This document shows positions 43,941-54,550 of a DNA stretch of 64,000 nt, piece by piece (within the stretch, counting starts at the first letter, position 1; each line of letters begins with the position of its first letter). Source of the stretch: an uncultured Candidatus Saccharibacteria bacterium (lineage in GTDB: Bacteria > Patescibacteriota > Minisyncoccia > UBA6257 > 2-01-FULL-56-20). The stretch lies in the NCBI GenBank assembly GCA_964360585.1, contig CAYHXC010000005.1, positions 7,947 through 71,946 of the forward strand. Reading direction: 5' to 3'. The position numbers and the translations under genes are program-made. The notes beneath the pieces are model-generated. The model made no database searches, had not been told where the DNA came from, and saw only the letters and a list, made by a program, of their open reading frames with translations.

Positions 43941-45753
43941 GAACATCAGAAATGTAGCAATCATCGCGCACGTTGACCACGGGAAGACCACGCTCGTGGA
44001 TGCTTTATTGCGGCAGTCTTTGACCAAGATGCGGAAGGAGGTGTCCGATAAGGATCTGATTATGGATTCGAACGAACTTGAAAAGGAGCGCGGTATTACT
44101 ATTTTTTCTAAAAACGCTTCGGTTAACTGGAAGGGGACGAAGATTAATATTATCGATACGCCGGGCCACGCGGATTTTGGCGGCGAGGTGGAGCGGGTTT
44201 TGAAAATGGCGGACGGTTGTCTACTTCTAATCGATGCCAAAGAAGGTCCAATGCCGCAAACACGGTTTGTCTTGCGTCGGGCGTTGGCCATGAAGCACAA
44301 GATTATTGTTGTTGTTAACAAGATCGACAAACCAGATGCGCGCATTCCGTATGTGCTTGATAAAACGATTGATTTATTTTTGGAATTGGGCGGCGAGCAT
44401 GTGGATATTGATTTTCCAGTTGTCTACGCCTCGGCCAAGAATGGCTTAGCAGGACTGGAGCCGGATCTCTCGAAGATGACCGACATTTTGCCGATCTTTG
44501 AAGCGGTGATGAAAGAAATTCCTGAGCCAAAAGATGATCCGACCAAGCCACTCCAAATGCTCGTCACGACCATTTCCGGCGATGACTTCAAGGGCAGAAT
44601 TGCGACGGGTCGAATATTCAACGGTGTGATTAAGTCCGGCGGCGAGGTGATGCACATTAATCGCGAAGGGGTGATGAAAAAGCACCGCTTGGTGTCCTTG
44701 ATGACCTTTGAGGGTTTGGAGCGGATTGACGTCAAGGAGGCCCAGGCGGGCGATATTGTGGGCATTTCGGGTATTCCGGAGATTACGATCGGGGAAACCA
44801 TTGCCGACATAAACTCGCCGGTCGCTTTGCCCCTTTTGGATATTGAGGAGCCGACAGTCAAAATGACCTTCAGTATTAATGATTCGCCATTTGCGGGAAA
44901 AGAAGGACAGTTTACAACCTCGCGTCAGATTCGCGAACGTTTGAACCGCGAATTGGAATCCGACATGGCTTTGCGCGTTGATGAAACGCCGGATGCAAAG
45001 TGGATTATATCCGGCCGCGGCGAACTACACTTAGCGATTTTTATCGAGCGATTACGTCGCGAAGGGTATGAGTTTTTGGTTTCGCGACCGCAGGTAATCG
45101 TGAAAGAAGTGAACGGCAAAGATCACGTGCCGTTTGAGCGTGTGTTTCTTGAAGTTCCCGAAGCTTACTATGGTGCGGTCATCCAGAAGCTCGGCAGTCG
45201 CCATGGCGACATGAAAGATATGCGCACCGAAAATGGCACCGCTTTTCTAGAGTTTTCAATTCCAACGCGCGGACTCTTCGGCTATCGCAACGAATTTTTA
45301 ACCGACACTCGTGGTTTGGGAATTATGAATACCATGTTTGATGAGTATAAAATCGATCCGCAAACCTGGAAGGATACGCCTCGTGGTTCTTTAGTGGTTC
45401 ACGAGACTGGTATTTCACGACTCTACGGTCTGATCAACGTTCAGGACAGGGGAATTTTATTTATCGGTCCGGGCATCGAAGTCTATAAGGGTCAGGTAGT
45501 GGGACAGAATGCGCGCGAACAGGATATCCGTATCAACATTTGTAAGGAAAAAGAACTCTCGAACATGCGTTCCAAGAATGATGGCGCGACCGAACACTTC
45601 GATACTCCCAAAGAAATGAACCTAGAGGATTCCTTGGAATATATCAGCGATGACGAACTGGTTGAAGTAACGCCAAAAAGCGTTCGCATCCGCAAAATGA
45701 TTTTGGACGAGTCTGAAGAAAAGCGTTTGAAATCGCTGGGATTGAAGAAATAA
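43939..45753 (+). CDS. typA: Translational GTPase BipA/TypA
   Basis: MNIRNVAIIAHVDHGKTTLVDALL G1 motif, DTPGHADF, NKIDK. Start at the ATG in the repeat arm; the track used an upstream GTG. Confidence 0.9.
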   Translation: MNIRNVAIIAHVDHGKTTLVDALLRQSLTKMRKEVSDKDLIMDSNELEKERGITIFSKNASVNWKGTKINIIDTPGHADFGGEVERVLKMADGCLLLIDAKEGPMPQTRFVLRRALAMKHKIIVVVNKIDKPDARIPYVLDKTIDLFLELGGEHVDIDFPVVYASAKNGLAGLEPDLSKMTDILPIFEAVMKEIPEPKDDPTKPLQMLVTTISGDDFKGRIATGRIFNGVIKSGGEVMHINREGVMKKHRLVSLMTFEGLERIDVKEAQAGDIVGISGIPEITIGETIADINSPVALPLLDIEEPTVKMTFSINDSPFAGKEGQFTTSRQIRERLNRELESDMALRVDETPDAKWIISGRGELHLAIFIERLRREGYEFLVSRPQVIVKEVNGKDHVPFERVFLEVPEAYYGAVIQKLGSRHGDMKDMRTENGTAFLEFSIPTRGLFGYRNEFLTDTRGLGIMNTMFDEYKIDPQTWKDTPRGSLVVHETGISRLYGLINVQDRGILFIGPGIEVYKGQVVGQNAREQDIRINICKEKELSNMRSKNDGATEHFDTPKEMNLEDSLEYISDDELVEVTPKSVRIRKMILDESEEKRLKSLGLKK

Positions 45754-45792
45754 AAATCTCAGAGTTATCTGAGATTGGCGCGTCCGTCGAAG

Positions 45793-46113
45793 TTATCTAA
45801 GGGATTCGACCGTTCCTTCTCGGGAGTCGGTGAAGTAAGTGGCTACGAAAAGACGACCTGTCATTTCCTCGCTTACTCCCTGGCGTGCAACCACACCCTG
45901 GATGACCCACTCCCTGGCTTCACCAGCGTCCGGCGTTATTTTCTTTCGGGTTACACTGGTGATTCTGACAAAGATGCGAGTAACCTGTGGGTGACCTGCC
46001 AGAGTGAAGCTCACTGCATGTCCTTCGTAGAGTGAGCCAAGAAGCAGACCCCATTTCCCTGGTCCTTGAACTATTTTGACGATTGATGCCATACGGCACC
46101 CCTTTCTGCCCAT
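45793..46113 (-). CDS. Hypothetical protein (GC-rich)
   Basis: 106-aa ORF with no recognised motif; weak support. Confidence 0.3.
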   Translation of the reverse strand: MGRKGCRMASIVKIVQGPGKWGLLLGSLYEGHAVSFTLAGHPQVTRIFVRITSVTRKKITPDAGEAREWVIQGVVARQGVSEEMTGRLFVATYFTDSREGTVESLR

Positions 46114-46185
46114 ACGGGCAATGTTAGCTACCCACAGACTACCTCATTCACCTACTTTTTCAATAGTCAAAGTAAAGATCCGCGT

Positions 46186-46278
46186 GTTATTGCGAGAAAC
46201 GTAGTGACGTGGCAATCTTTTAAAACACTTTAGATTGCCGCGCTTCGTCGAGATTAACTCGACTTCGCTCGCAATGAC
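46186..46278. repeat. Nested-palindrome MITE-like repeat, copy D
   Basis: GTTATTGCGAGAAACGTAGTGACGTGGCAATCTT...TTAGATTGCCGCGCTTCGTCGAG...CGCTCGCAATGAC. Confidence 0.65.
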
Positions 46279-46675
46279 AAATACCAGCTTACCTAAAGTC
46301 ACCATTCAATGGATTCGGTATACTCACCACAAGCAAGCTCATGGCAAGTCATGACGAACTTAGGTAAGGGCCCGCAGAGTGATTTTGATCACCTCCTTTC
46401 GCGGGCGGTTGAGGTCAGGATTCAGTCGGAAGGAAGCTGCCAGTCATGATTGGGGTCAGGTACGAAGGCCAATGCAAGCATGCCTTGACCGTCCTGGCTC
46501 ATGCCAGTCTGCCGGACTAGCCAGCCTCCGTGAATTTTCAGCCTTGACGTCACGTCTACTCCGATTCGGAGCACTTCTTCCCATTCCATATATCAATTCC
46601 TCCTATTTTTTATTATAGCATATAGTTCTAATATGTCAAGTTGTAACACATATATATTGAGTTATCCTAAATCAC

Positions 46676-48064
46676 ATGCCCCGCAAGAAAAATATAACTC
46701 AAGCGACGCTGTGGGGAACGGATAGTGGAAAGGGTATAGGGGATAGTGAAAAGAAGACACGCAAGAGGAAGCGTGAAAGTGATAAGTCTCTATCCACTAA
46801 ACCCTATCCACTAACCCCTGCCCAAATCTTCACCGTCGGCGGCTATCTTTTTCATCTTGGGAAATTGGTCGGTGCAGAAGAAGTTATTGTGCAAGGCGAG
46901 ATCTCGGGATTTAAGAATCATCAGGTCGGTGGATTTTTTTCGCTCAAGGATACTGATGGCGATGGACTTTTGAAGTGCTATATGCCGCCGCGATTTTTAA
47001 GTCAGGTTGGTTTTCCCCTCGAGGACGGACTTTTAGTTCAGGTGAGAGGTGTGGCCAGTATCTATAAACCGCGCGGGGAATTGAGCTTTACGGTCCAGAG
47101 TATTTCTTTGGTTGGCGACGGTTCAATTCGACAAGCTTACGAGGCTCTGAAGAAAAAATTAGAAGACGAGGGACTTTTTTTACGCAAACGAGAACTGCCC
47201 GAGTTTATTGAGCGGATTGGATTTATTACGGCGAAGAGCGGTGAGGTGATTCACGATTTTCAGAGAAATTTGAAATCCCTGGGTTTTGCGGTCGACTTGC
47301 TGGATGTTCGTGTACAAGGAAGTGATGCGCCGCCGCAGATTGTTCAAGCGATCGAAACTTTGAACAAATTAAAATCCGTCGAGGTCATTATCATTGCGCG
47401 TGGTGGAGGAAGTTTAGAAGACTTACAAGCCTTCAACGATGAGCGGGTGGCGCGGGCGATTTTCAAATCAGAGATTCCGATTTTGGCCTCAATTGGTCAC
47501 GATCGTGATGTGCCGATTGCGAGTCTAGTTTCTGATCTCTATGTTTCAACACCATCAATAGCCGCCATTACCATGAATCGCTCTTGGGAGCGATTGGAGT
47601 CGCAGTTGCCGCTTCTTGTGTCTGATTTGGTATATGGTTTTGAAAATGTTCTAGATATAAAGAAAAGCGCCACGAGAACTGAACTCAATAAACTTCTTTT
47701 CGGTATGGAACGACTTCTGCGGATTCCTCGTGAGTTTCGATCGCGACTGAAACTCGAACTATTTAAGCTCGGTCGAGAAAAAGACGAATTAAAACTGAGG
47801 ACTCGCCGAGGTCTCACGACTGTAGTACAATCGTTTGAGATTCGGATACGCGAGATTATGGCGATACTCAAGTCATGTTCCAGCTATTTTCAAGGAGTGA
47901 GTCCTGAACGAAATCTCCATCTGGGATACAGCATCGTGCTCGGCTCCGATGGCCGAGTAGTCAAAAAGACCGACGACCTGACGATCGGAGAAAAAGTTTC
48001 TACACTTCTTGCGGACGGATCATTTATTTCAAAAGTGGAACAAAAACAAAAGAAAACCTCATGA
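46676..48064 (+). CDS. xseA: Exodeoxyribonuclease VII large subunit
   Basis: OB-fold N-terminus (IFTVGGYL...VQGEISGF) and catalytic region (IIIARGGGSLEDLQAFNDERVARAIF). It carries an unusual Lys-rich N-terminal extension. Confidence 0.85.
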   Translation: MPRKKNITQATLWGTDSGKGIGDSEKKTRKRKRESDKSLSTKPYPLTPAQIFTVGGYLFHLGKLVGAEEVIVQGEISGFKNHQVGGFFSLKDTDGDGLLKCYMPPRFLSQVGFPLEDGLLVQVRGVASIYKPRGELSFTVQSISLVGDGSIRQAYEALKKKLEDEGLFLRKRELPEFIERIGFITAKSGEVIHDFQRNLKSLGFAVDLLDVRVQGSDAPPQIVQAIETLNKLKSVEVIIIARGGGSLEDLQAFNDERVARAIFKSEIPILASIGHDRDVPIASLVSDLYVSTPSIAAITMNRSWERLESQLPLLVSDLVYGFENVLDIKKSATRTELNKLLFGMERLLRIPREFRSRLKLELFKLGREKDELKLRTRRGLTTVVQSFEIRIREIMAILKSCSSYFQGVSPERNLHLGYSIVLGSDGRVVKKTDDLTIGEKVSTLLADGSFISKVEQKQKKTS

Positions 48065-48326
48065 CCAGAGCTCATCTCAAAAATAGCTCCGCCGCGTTTC
48101 CCTCTATTTTGTCTGTCCACCACGACGCGACGAGGAGACATATGCCAGAGCATAGGCTTCGAGGAGTAACAAAGGTGGCGGACAAAATAGAGAGAACCGA
48201 GGGGATAGGAATTATTGCCGCGGAGACGGTGTTGCTACGTCCTCACTGTACCGCTAGTACACTTTCGGACTGGCGCCTTGTCTCCCTCGCCAATAATTCT
48301 CTATCGCGGCAGGATATATTTTTAAG
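48061..48326 (+). repeat. Structured repeat (candidate ncRNA), copy A, inserted between xseA and xseB
   Basis: Starts at ATGACCAGAGCTCATCTCAAAAATAGCTCCG, overlapping the xseA stop, and ends ...TCTCTATCGCGGCAGGATATA. It is homologous to 63660-64000 with compensatory base changes in a long-range stem (48103-48121 with 48174-48193). Confidence 0.6.
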
Positions 48327-48560
48327 ATGAACTCTAGCAAAGATAAAAAAATAAACATCAACGAATCGCTTTCCAAGCTGGAGCAGATTACGCGCTGGTT
48401 CGACACCCAGAAGGAAGTGGATGTGGAAGTGGGTATGGCCAAGGTGAAAGAAGGCGCGGAGCTGGTGAGGGATTTGGAAAAACGCCTCGCGGAAATCGAT
48501 AACGAGTTCCGAGAACTGAAGAAAAATCTGGGCATCGAGAACGTAGAAGATGAAGCATGA
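48327..48560 (+). CDS. xseB: Exodeoxyribonuclease VII small subunit
   Basis: LSKLEQITRWFDTQKEVDVEVGMAKVKEGAELVRDLEKRLAEIDNEFRELKK. Confidence 0.8.
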   Translation: MNSSKDKKININESLSKLEQITRWFDTQKEVDVEVGMAKVKEGAELVRDLEKRLAEIDNEFRELKKNLGIENVEDEA

Positions 48561-49216
48561 TCGAAAGTCTGGTCGAGAAAATCAGTTTTCTCGTGGCGGC
48601 CTACGGTCCTTGGGGCGTTTTTGCCGTTGCGCTTCTCGAAGAGATGATTGCTCCGATTCCTTCGACTCTTACCACGGTGGGAGCGGGTTTTATTCTCCTC
48701 ACCTCGTATGTTGATCTCGGATCGGTGATCGTGCCCGCTCTTCTTTTTGTGGCTGTGCCGACGGCCCTCGGTATGACAATTGGCGGGCTTCTGCCCTACG
48801 GTATCGGTTACTACGGAGGGAATATGATTATCCATCGTTGGGGTAAATGGTTTGGCATCACCGAGCAGTCAGTGGAGAAGATGAAGCGATATTTTAATCG
48901 AGGGCACGCGGACGAAGTTGTTCTGGCCGCTCTCCGAGCCGTTCCGATTTTTCCCAACTCACTTACCTCGGGCGTTTGCGGTTTGGTGCATTATCCGCTA
49001 CGGCCGTTTCTTCTCTATAGTTTTCTTGGAGGAACTGTTCGCGCGCTCGTTCTTGGCCTCATCGGCTGGTCAATGGGAGAGGCCTATGTCGAATATGGCG
49101 GACTATTAAATGCCTTTGAAAACATCTTCCTCCTTATTGCCATTCTTTTGATCGCGGCCATTCTCGTCTATCTTTTCCGAAAAAAACGCACACGCCATGG
49201 AGAAATCATATCGTGA
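48557..49216 (+). CDS. DedA/TVP38-family membrane protein
   Basis: Multi-TM protein with a DedA-like GxxxM/L...PxxP region. Confidence 0.6.
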   Translation: MIESLVEKISFLVAAYGPWGVFAVALLEEMIAPIPSTLTTVGAGFILLTSYVDLGSVIVPALLFVAVPTALGMTIGGLLPYGIGYYGGNMIIHRWGKWFGITEQSVEKMKRYFNRGHADEVVLAALRAVPIFPNSLTSGVCGLVHYPLRPFLLYSFLGGTVRALVLGLIGWSMGEAYVEYGGLLNAFENIFLLIAILLIAAILVYLFRKKRTRHGEIIS

Positions 49217-49763
49217 AGCGGTTCGCCGCATCACACAGGGAGAAGTTGGCATCATTCCGACCGATACGCTCTATGGCGTAGTGTGTGATGCCCGAAATGC
49301 AAAAGCGGTTCAAAAAATATACACGATCCGCAAGCGTGATCCCCAAAAGCCGTGCATCATCCTTATCGGGGAAGCGAGCCAGATAAAACAGTTCGGTATC
49401 AATGTAGACGGAAAAACCACAACCATTCTTAAAAAAGTCTGGCCCGGGAAGGTCAGTGTTGTTTTGCCCTGCCCACTCAAGAAATTTCAGTATCTTCATC
49501 GGGGCACGAACAGTTTGGCCTTTCGTCTGCCGAAAAATAAAAAGCTAGCGGAGTTTTTGAAAAAAACTGGGCCGCTCGTTGCTCCCAGCGCCAACCTCGA
49601 AGGCACGCCGCCGGCCACAACGATTTCGGAGGCAAGACAATACTTTGGCTCTCATGTTGATTTTTATATAACCGCCGGCCGAAAACAGTCTCTCGCCTCA
49701 ACAGTCGTTGCGATTCAAGATGGAAAAATACGAATCATACGCGAAGGCGCCAAAAAGTTGTAA
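49197..49763 (+). CDS. tsaC: L-threonylcarbamoyladenylate synthase (YrdC/Sua5 domain)
   Basis: VGIIPTDTLYGVVCDARNAKAVQKIYTIKRRDPQKPCIIL. Confidence 0.85.
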   Translation: MEKSYREAVRRITQGEVGIIPTDTLYGVVCDARNAKAVQKIYTIRKRDPQKPCIILIGEASQIKQFGINVDGKTTTILKKVWPGKVSVVLPCPLKKFQYLHRGTNSLAFRLPKNKKLAEFLKKTGPLVAPSANLEGTPPATTISEARQYFGSHVDFYITAGRKQSLASTVVAIQDGKIRIIREGAKKL

Positions 49764-49837
49764 ACATCGTTTCTTTCTTAAACGAGCTATACTAAAAGTA
49801 GTGGGATTTTAAAAAAACCAGCGAAGGAGGTGCGGTA

Positions 49838-50233
49838 ATGGCAGGACGTGGCCTTAGCGATGTGCGGCTGTTCAGTTTGTATATCGTTTCGGGACTCCTC
49901 ATGACGTATTTCCTCACGCCCAACGTTCACAGCGTCATGATTCCGCCCGCTGAGACTCCTCGTTTGAGTCCAACGATCAGCGTGCTTTCGGCGATTTCGA
50001 AACGCGAGGAGCTGTCCCATCGGGAGCACGGAAAGTACTTGGGATGCGACAGGAACTGCGAGGTTATTTTTGAGCTCAAGATCCCGGCGGGCATTCGAGC
50101 GGCAGTGCGCAGTCCTTTCCCATTCTGCTCATACGCCCTTACTGTCGAAGACGAAATTGGGCGTGAAGTTGTGCGGGCACATTCGGATCGTTGTCCATTT
50201 CCGTCACCCTTCATTTTAAACTCGGAGCAGTAA
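49838..50233 (+). CDS. Hypothetical protein
   Basis: 131-aa ORF with an N-terminal hydrophobic segment. Confidence 0.35.
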   Translation: MAGRGLSDVRLFSLYIVSGLLMTYFLTPNVHSVMIPPAETPRLSPTISVLSAISKREELSHREHGKYLGCDRNCEVIFELKIPAGIRAAVRSPFPFCSYALTVEDEIGREVVRAHSDRCPFPSPFILNSEQ

Positions 50234-50310
50234 TGCGCCGAGTTTTTTCATCACTGTAGTTTTCCACAGTTTTATTTGACCCACCAACCTTTCGATGATT
50301 TAATAAGATC

Positions 50311-51279
50311 ATGCGTAAACTATTATTAACAGGAGCGTTATTTTCTATGATTGTGGCGCCCGCCCTTGGGGAAGAGGTAAAAATGACGGAAGGTACCAGG
50401 ATTCCAGCACCAGCGGCTGTTCGTGAGATGAAGGGTGAGATAAAAGAAGCTCGCCAAGGGATGCACGAAGAGGTGAAGAACGTTCAAGAAGAACGACATG
50501 AAAATGTTCAAGAGGTTCGAAGTGAGGGCAGGAAGAATGTCCGAGAAATGGTGAAGGATGCCAAGACTAGTTCCTCAACAAAGCCAGCTGATCTCATGCG
50601 GAGAATTCAGGGCGAAGTCCGGGAGCGTCGTGAAGATATTAAAGAAATTCGGGGAGAGGCTCGCAAAGAAATTGAAGTGGCTCGAACCAAGTTTCTCGAT
50701 GAGATTAAAGAGAAACGGGAGTTCCTCAAGACCACTTTAGAAAAAAATCGTGAAGCTTTGGCAAAAAGGTTAGAAACTTTTAAAGATGAGCGAAAGAAGA
50801 AAGTAGCGGAGAATGTGGGTGAGAATCTCGACAAAGCCAACGAAGCAGCGACGAATAATCTCAGTAAAGCACTAGATCAGTTGGCGGAAGTTTTGGGAAG
50901 AATTTCTTCTCGAGCTGATAAGGCTGGTAGTCGCGGACTCGACATTGTTTCGGTGAAGGTGGAAATCGGAAATGCCAGTAGCGCCATAACAACAGCCCGG
51001 AATGCTGTAATTGCCCAGGCGGCCAAGACCTATCCGATTGCCATTTCTGCCGAGGCAAAATTGAAGAGCGATCTCTCTGATGTCCGAAAAAAGTTACACG
51101 ACGATATGGAGAAAGTTCGGGAATTGGTAAAGACAGCCCGGGAAGCGGTGCATAAAGCGGCCACCACCCTGGCTCAGATTCCTCGAGTCGATGAAGCCGG
51201 TACGCCGACATCAACAGCCACCTCGACCGCGAACACCACGACAACGGCCTCGTCAACTGCCACCACAACCAGCCAGTAA
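50311..51279 (+). CDS. Secreted coiled-coil repeat protein with a Thr/Ser-rich C-terminus
   Basis: Signal peptide MRKLLLTGALFSMIVAPALG, then repetitive E/K/R-rich heptads and a TSTATSTANTTTTASSTATTTSQ tail. Confidence 0.5.
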   Translation: MRKLLLTGALFSMIVAPALGEEVKMTEGTRIPAPAAVREMKGEIKEARQGMHEEVKNVQEERHENVQEVRSEGRKNVREMVKDAKTSSSTKPADLMRRIQGEVRERREDIKEIRGEARKEIEVARTKFLDEIKEKREFLKTTLEKNREALAKRLETFKDERKKKVAENVGENLDKANEAATNNLSKALDQLAEVLGRISSRADKAGSRGLDIVSVKVEIGNASSAITTARNAVIAQAAKTYPIAISAEAKLKSDLSDVRKKLHDDMEKVRELVKTAREAVHKAATTLAQIPRVDEAGTPTSTATSTANTTTTASSTATTTSQ

Positions 51280-51300
51280 TAGAAAAATTACTTTACAAAC

Positions 51301-51546
51301 ATGAACAGCAACAAAGGAACCCTCATAACTATCATCGTCATCATCGCTGTAATTCTCTTGGGAATCGTTTTGTGGTGGTCGCAGATGAGCAATCTTCCGG
51401 GACCGCTCGACACCGGAACACCGGTCAGCGAAGTTCCGCCAGCCGATGATACAACCGCGAGAATCCAGGCAGATCTGAATCAGGTTGATGTCGGCGATAC
51501 GAATCAAGAGATGCAGGATATTGATGCCGACATCAATACTCTCTAG
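51301..51546 (+). CDS. Hypothetical small membrane-anchored acidic protein
   Basis: One N-terminal TM helix followed by a D/E-rich tail. Confidence 0.4.
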   Translation: MNSNKGTLITIIVIIAVILLGIVLWWSQMSNLPGPLDTGTPVSEVPPADDTTARIQADLNQVDVGDTNQEMQDIDADINTL

Positions 51547-51628
51547 CCGCCACACATCTCGCGATAGCGAACGAGTATAACGGAGGCCAGGCGCCAGTTC
51601 TGAGTTTTTTTCTTTTCTTAAAAATCCA

Positions 51629-53035
51629 ATGGCCTCCATTCACAAAAAAGTAAAAATTGTAGCCACGATTGGTCCAGCGAGCGACAGCGAAGAAAAAATT
51701 GAACGTTTGGTCCGCGCTGGTGTAAATGTCTTTCGCCTGAACTTTGCTCATCGGGAGTGGGACTACTTCGCTTTAATTATTCGCCGGATTCGCGCTGTCG
51801 AAAAACGCGTTGGCTACCCAGTGGCCATTCTCGGAGATGTGCCGGGACCGAAAATTCGAATTGGTTTTGTCGACGAGGGTGTCGAGCTGCGAACGGGAAA
51901 TCGTCTTCGCATTGTTGGCCAGTCGGTCATCGGCTCAAAGGAAATTATCTCGGTTAATTTTCCGAGTATTTTGAAACACATCAAAAAGGGAACGGAGATA
52001 TATCTTGGCGATGGCGTTACTAAACTGGTTGCTGAACGGATCGATGAGGAGGGGGTGATTGCGGTGGTAACCGGCGGGGGAGCGCTCCGTTCGCGCATGG
52101 GCTTTTCAGCGCAGGGAATGGCCCTCGATGCTTTTTCCTTAAACACCCGAGACCGATCGTTTATCCGGAAGGCGGCCCATGCAAAACTTGATTTTCTGGG
52201 CGTTTCTTTTGTGCAAACACCCCAGGATATCGCCCGGGTCAAGAAGCTTCTGCCTAAAAAAGACGGACCGCTCGTTATCGCGAAAATCGAAACCGCTAAA
52301 GCGGTCGAGCATATCAACTCAATTCTCGACTTTGCGGACGGCCTCATGATCGCGCGCGGCGATCTTGGTTTTTCTATTCCGCTTTCCGAATTGCCGTTTG
52401 TGCAGAAAGAACTTATTCGGTTGTGCTTGAAGCGCGCCAAGCCGGTCATTACCGCGACCCAGATGCTGGAATCAATGATTCACAATCATTTTCCAACGCG
52501 GGCCGAAGTGAGCGATGTGGCCAATGCTATTTTAGATGGTACCGACGCGGTAATGCTTTCGGCCGAAACCGCTCTCGGAGACTTTCCGGAGGAAACCGTG
52601 CGCATTATGGCCCACATCATTCGCGGGAGCGCGCCGCGGGTGAAGTCGCCGATTTTCGAGGAGGAAAAAGGCGCAACTCATGCCGCGACTGCCTCGGCTG
52701 TTCGCGTGGCGAATCAGATTGGCGCGCGTCTCATCATCGCTTTTACCGAAGGTGGCGCGACCGCGCGGCAGATCGCCCGCCATCGCAGCTCGCAGTCAAT
52801 TATTGCGCTTTCTCCTCGTGAAACAACACTGCATAAGCTGGCGTTAAGCTGGGGAGTGTACGGATTCAAAACGAAAACAACAAGTAATATTGATCATCTC
52901 CTCCTGCAGGCTCGTACCGTAGCTCGCACCAACAAAATTACACCGCTCAAAAAAGGGGAAAGTTTTGTGATTGCGGCAGGAGTGCCGTTCGGAAAAAGCG
53001 GCAGTACGAATTTGATCTTAATCGAAAAAGTGTAG
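51629..53035 (+). CDS. pyk: Pyruvate kinase
   Basis: KIVATIGPASDSEEKIERLVRAGVNVFRLNFAH...MIARGDLG. Confidence 0.9.
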   Translation: MASIHKKVKIVATIGPASDSEEKIERLVRAGVNVFRLNFAHREWDYFALIIRRIRAVEKRVGYPVAILGDVPGPKIRIGFVDEGVELRTGNRLRIVGQSVIGSKEIISVNFPSILKHIKKGTEIYLGDGVTKLVAERIDEEGVIAVVTGGGALRSRMGFSAQGMALDAFSLNTRDRSFIRKAAHAKLDFLGVSFVQTPQDIARVKKLLPKKDGPLVIAKIETAKAVEHINSILDFADGLMIARGDLGFSIPLSELPFVQKELIRLCLKRAKPVITATQMLESMIHNHFPTRAEVSDVANAILDGTDAVMLSAETALGDFPEETVRIMAHIIRGSAPRVKSPIFEEEKGATHAATASAVRVANQIGARLIIAFTEGGATARQIARHRSSQSIIALSPRETTLHKLALSWGVYGFKTKTTSNIDHLLLQARTVARTNKITPLKKGESFVIAAGVPFGKSGSTNLILIEKV

Positions 53036-53037
53036 GC

Positions 53038-54210
53038 GTGTTTAAAATCCTCAAAGAATCATCAACCTCACGTGCCCGTTGCGGCGTGATTGAAACCCCT
53101 CATGGCCTTATAGAAACTCCGGCCTATACAATTGTGGGGACGCACGCCGAAGTACGGTGTTTAACGCCAGAAGATCTTATTGCCACGAAGACTCAGCTCA
53201 TCATTGCGAATACCTATCATCTCTGGCGAGAGCTAGGAGACGAGGGATTAGCCAGCTATCCCGGCCTTCATGAGGCTATGGACTGGTCTGGGCCGATTAT
53301 GACCGATTCAGGCGGGTTCCAGGTCTTCAGTCTGGGGGCGGCTCGAGAGAAAAAAATGGGCAAGGTAAAAAAAGGAGAGGATGGTGGCAGTTGGGAAGGA
53401 GAAAATGTAGTTCGAGTAACCGACTCCGGCGTTTATTTTATGGAGGACGGCGAGGAACAGTATCTCGATGCCGAGCTTTCGATGCGGATCCAGGAACAGC
53501 TCGGCGCGGACATTATTGTCGCTTTTGATGAGCCGACCTCGCCACTCCATGATTATGAGTACACCAAGCAGTCTTTGGTTCGGACGCACCGCTGGGCGGA
53601 ACGTTCGCTCGAAGCGAAAACTTCGAACCAATTGATCTACGGTGTCGTTCAGGGCGGTTCGTTTCCGGATTTGCGACAAGAGAGCGCGGAATTTATTGGG
53701 AACTTGGCTTTTGACGGTTTTGCGATTGGTGGAGCATTTGGCGATTCCTTTGGCAGTAAAAAAACGGAGATGATTACGGAACTTGAAGCCTCGATTCCAT
53801 TTTTACCGAAAGATCGCCCGCGGCATCTTCTGGGGATTGGTCGCGTTGAGGATTTGTTTCTAGGGGTAGAGGCGGGGATCGATACCTTTGATTGTGTGAT
53901 TCCGACCCGCGAAGCTCGCCACGGTTCAATCTGGACGAGAGAAGGCCGGTTTGATCTCAAGCGTTCAGTTTTTGAGGAGGATACGAGTCCGCTCGATCCT
54001 TCCTGTTCGTGCCCAGTGTGTCTCGACGAAACAATCAATCGCAAGACCTTACGCCAGTTATTTAAAGATAAAAATCCAGAAGCCGGTCGTTTAGCCACCA
54101 TCCACAACGTTTCTTTTTTCAATCAACTTATGGAAGATATCCGCGAAGGAATCAAGAATGACAATTTAGGAGAAGTTAAAAAAGAATATCTGCGAGGAGA
54201 AGAAAAATAA
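53038..54210 (+). CDS. tgt: Queuine tRNA-ribosyltransferase
   Basis: TDSGGFQVFSL with the zinc site CSCPVC...H; GTG start. Confidence 0.85.
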   Translation: MFKILKESSTSRARCGVIETPHGLIETPAYTIVGTHAEVRCLTPEDLIATKTQLIIANTYHLWRELGDEGLASYPGLHEAMDWSGPIMTDSGGFQVFSLGAAREKKMGKVKKGEDGGSWEGENVVRVTDSGVYFMEDGEEQYLDAELSMRIQEQLGADIIVAFDEPTSPLHDYEYTKQSLVRTHRWAERSLEAKTSNQLIYGVVQGGSFPDLRQESAEFIGNLAFDGFAIGGAFGDSFGSKKTEMITELEASIPFLPKDRPRHLLGIGRVEDLFLGVEAGIDTFDCVIPTREARHGSIWTREGRFDLKRSVFEEDTSPLDPSCSCPVCLDETINRKTLRQLFKDKNPEAGRLATIHNVSFFNQLMEDIREGIKNDNLGEVKKEYLRGEEK

Positions 54211-54245
54211 AAAGCCCGAGAAAATTTTCCCAGGCCTAAAGATAA

Positions 54246-54449
54246 TTATCGAAAATCACGCGGAGCAGGGAAGCGGAACGTCTCATTGTCCGCCTGGCAC
54301 TTTTCGAAGTCCGCTTTGAGATTTTGGAGCGCAATTCGAAGCAGTAAATTTCGTGTTGCTACCCCCATATTTCTCTGAAGTTCCTCAACGTGAGGGATGG
54401 AATCCAGAGCGAGATCCAACTGAATGCGTATTTTTCCCGCCTTAGTCAT
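54246..54449 (-). CDS. Putative ribbon-helix-helix (CopG/Arc-like) DNA-binding protein
   Basis: KIRIQLDLALDSIPHVEELQRNMGVATRNLLLRIALQNL, an RHH-like pattern. Confidence 0.4.
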   Translation of the reverse strand: MTKAGKIRIQLDLALDSIPHVEELQRNMGVATRNLLLRIALQNLKADFEKCQADNETFRFPAPRDFR

Positions 54450-54550
54450 GATTTCTCCTTAAGAAGTGACTGTGTTGCTTCCTAGTTCATACCACCTCTT
54501 ATAGTGAGAGTAAATAGTAGAAAATAGGGGAAATAAAAAGCCCGACGAGG

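Noticed and set aside
46379-46618. 79-aa plus-strand ORF upstream of xseA
   Set aside because: It lies in a GC-skewed segment, has no SD or motif, and overlaps the antisense strand of the minus-strand ORF region. It is likely non-coding.
48061-48330. 89-aa ORF (MTRAHLKNSS...) and the 63660-63851 ORF ([10 protein letters not shown]...) as a small protein family
   Set aside because: The two copies share only about 25 N-terminal residues and then diverge by indels. Nucleotide-level covariation in a long-range stem fits a structured RNA or repeat better than a conserved protein.
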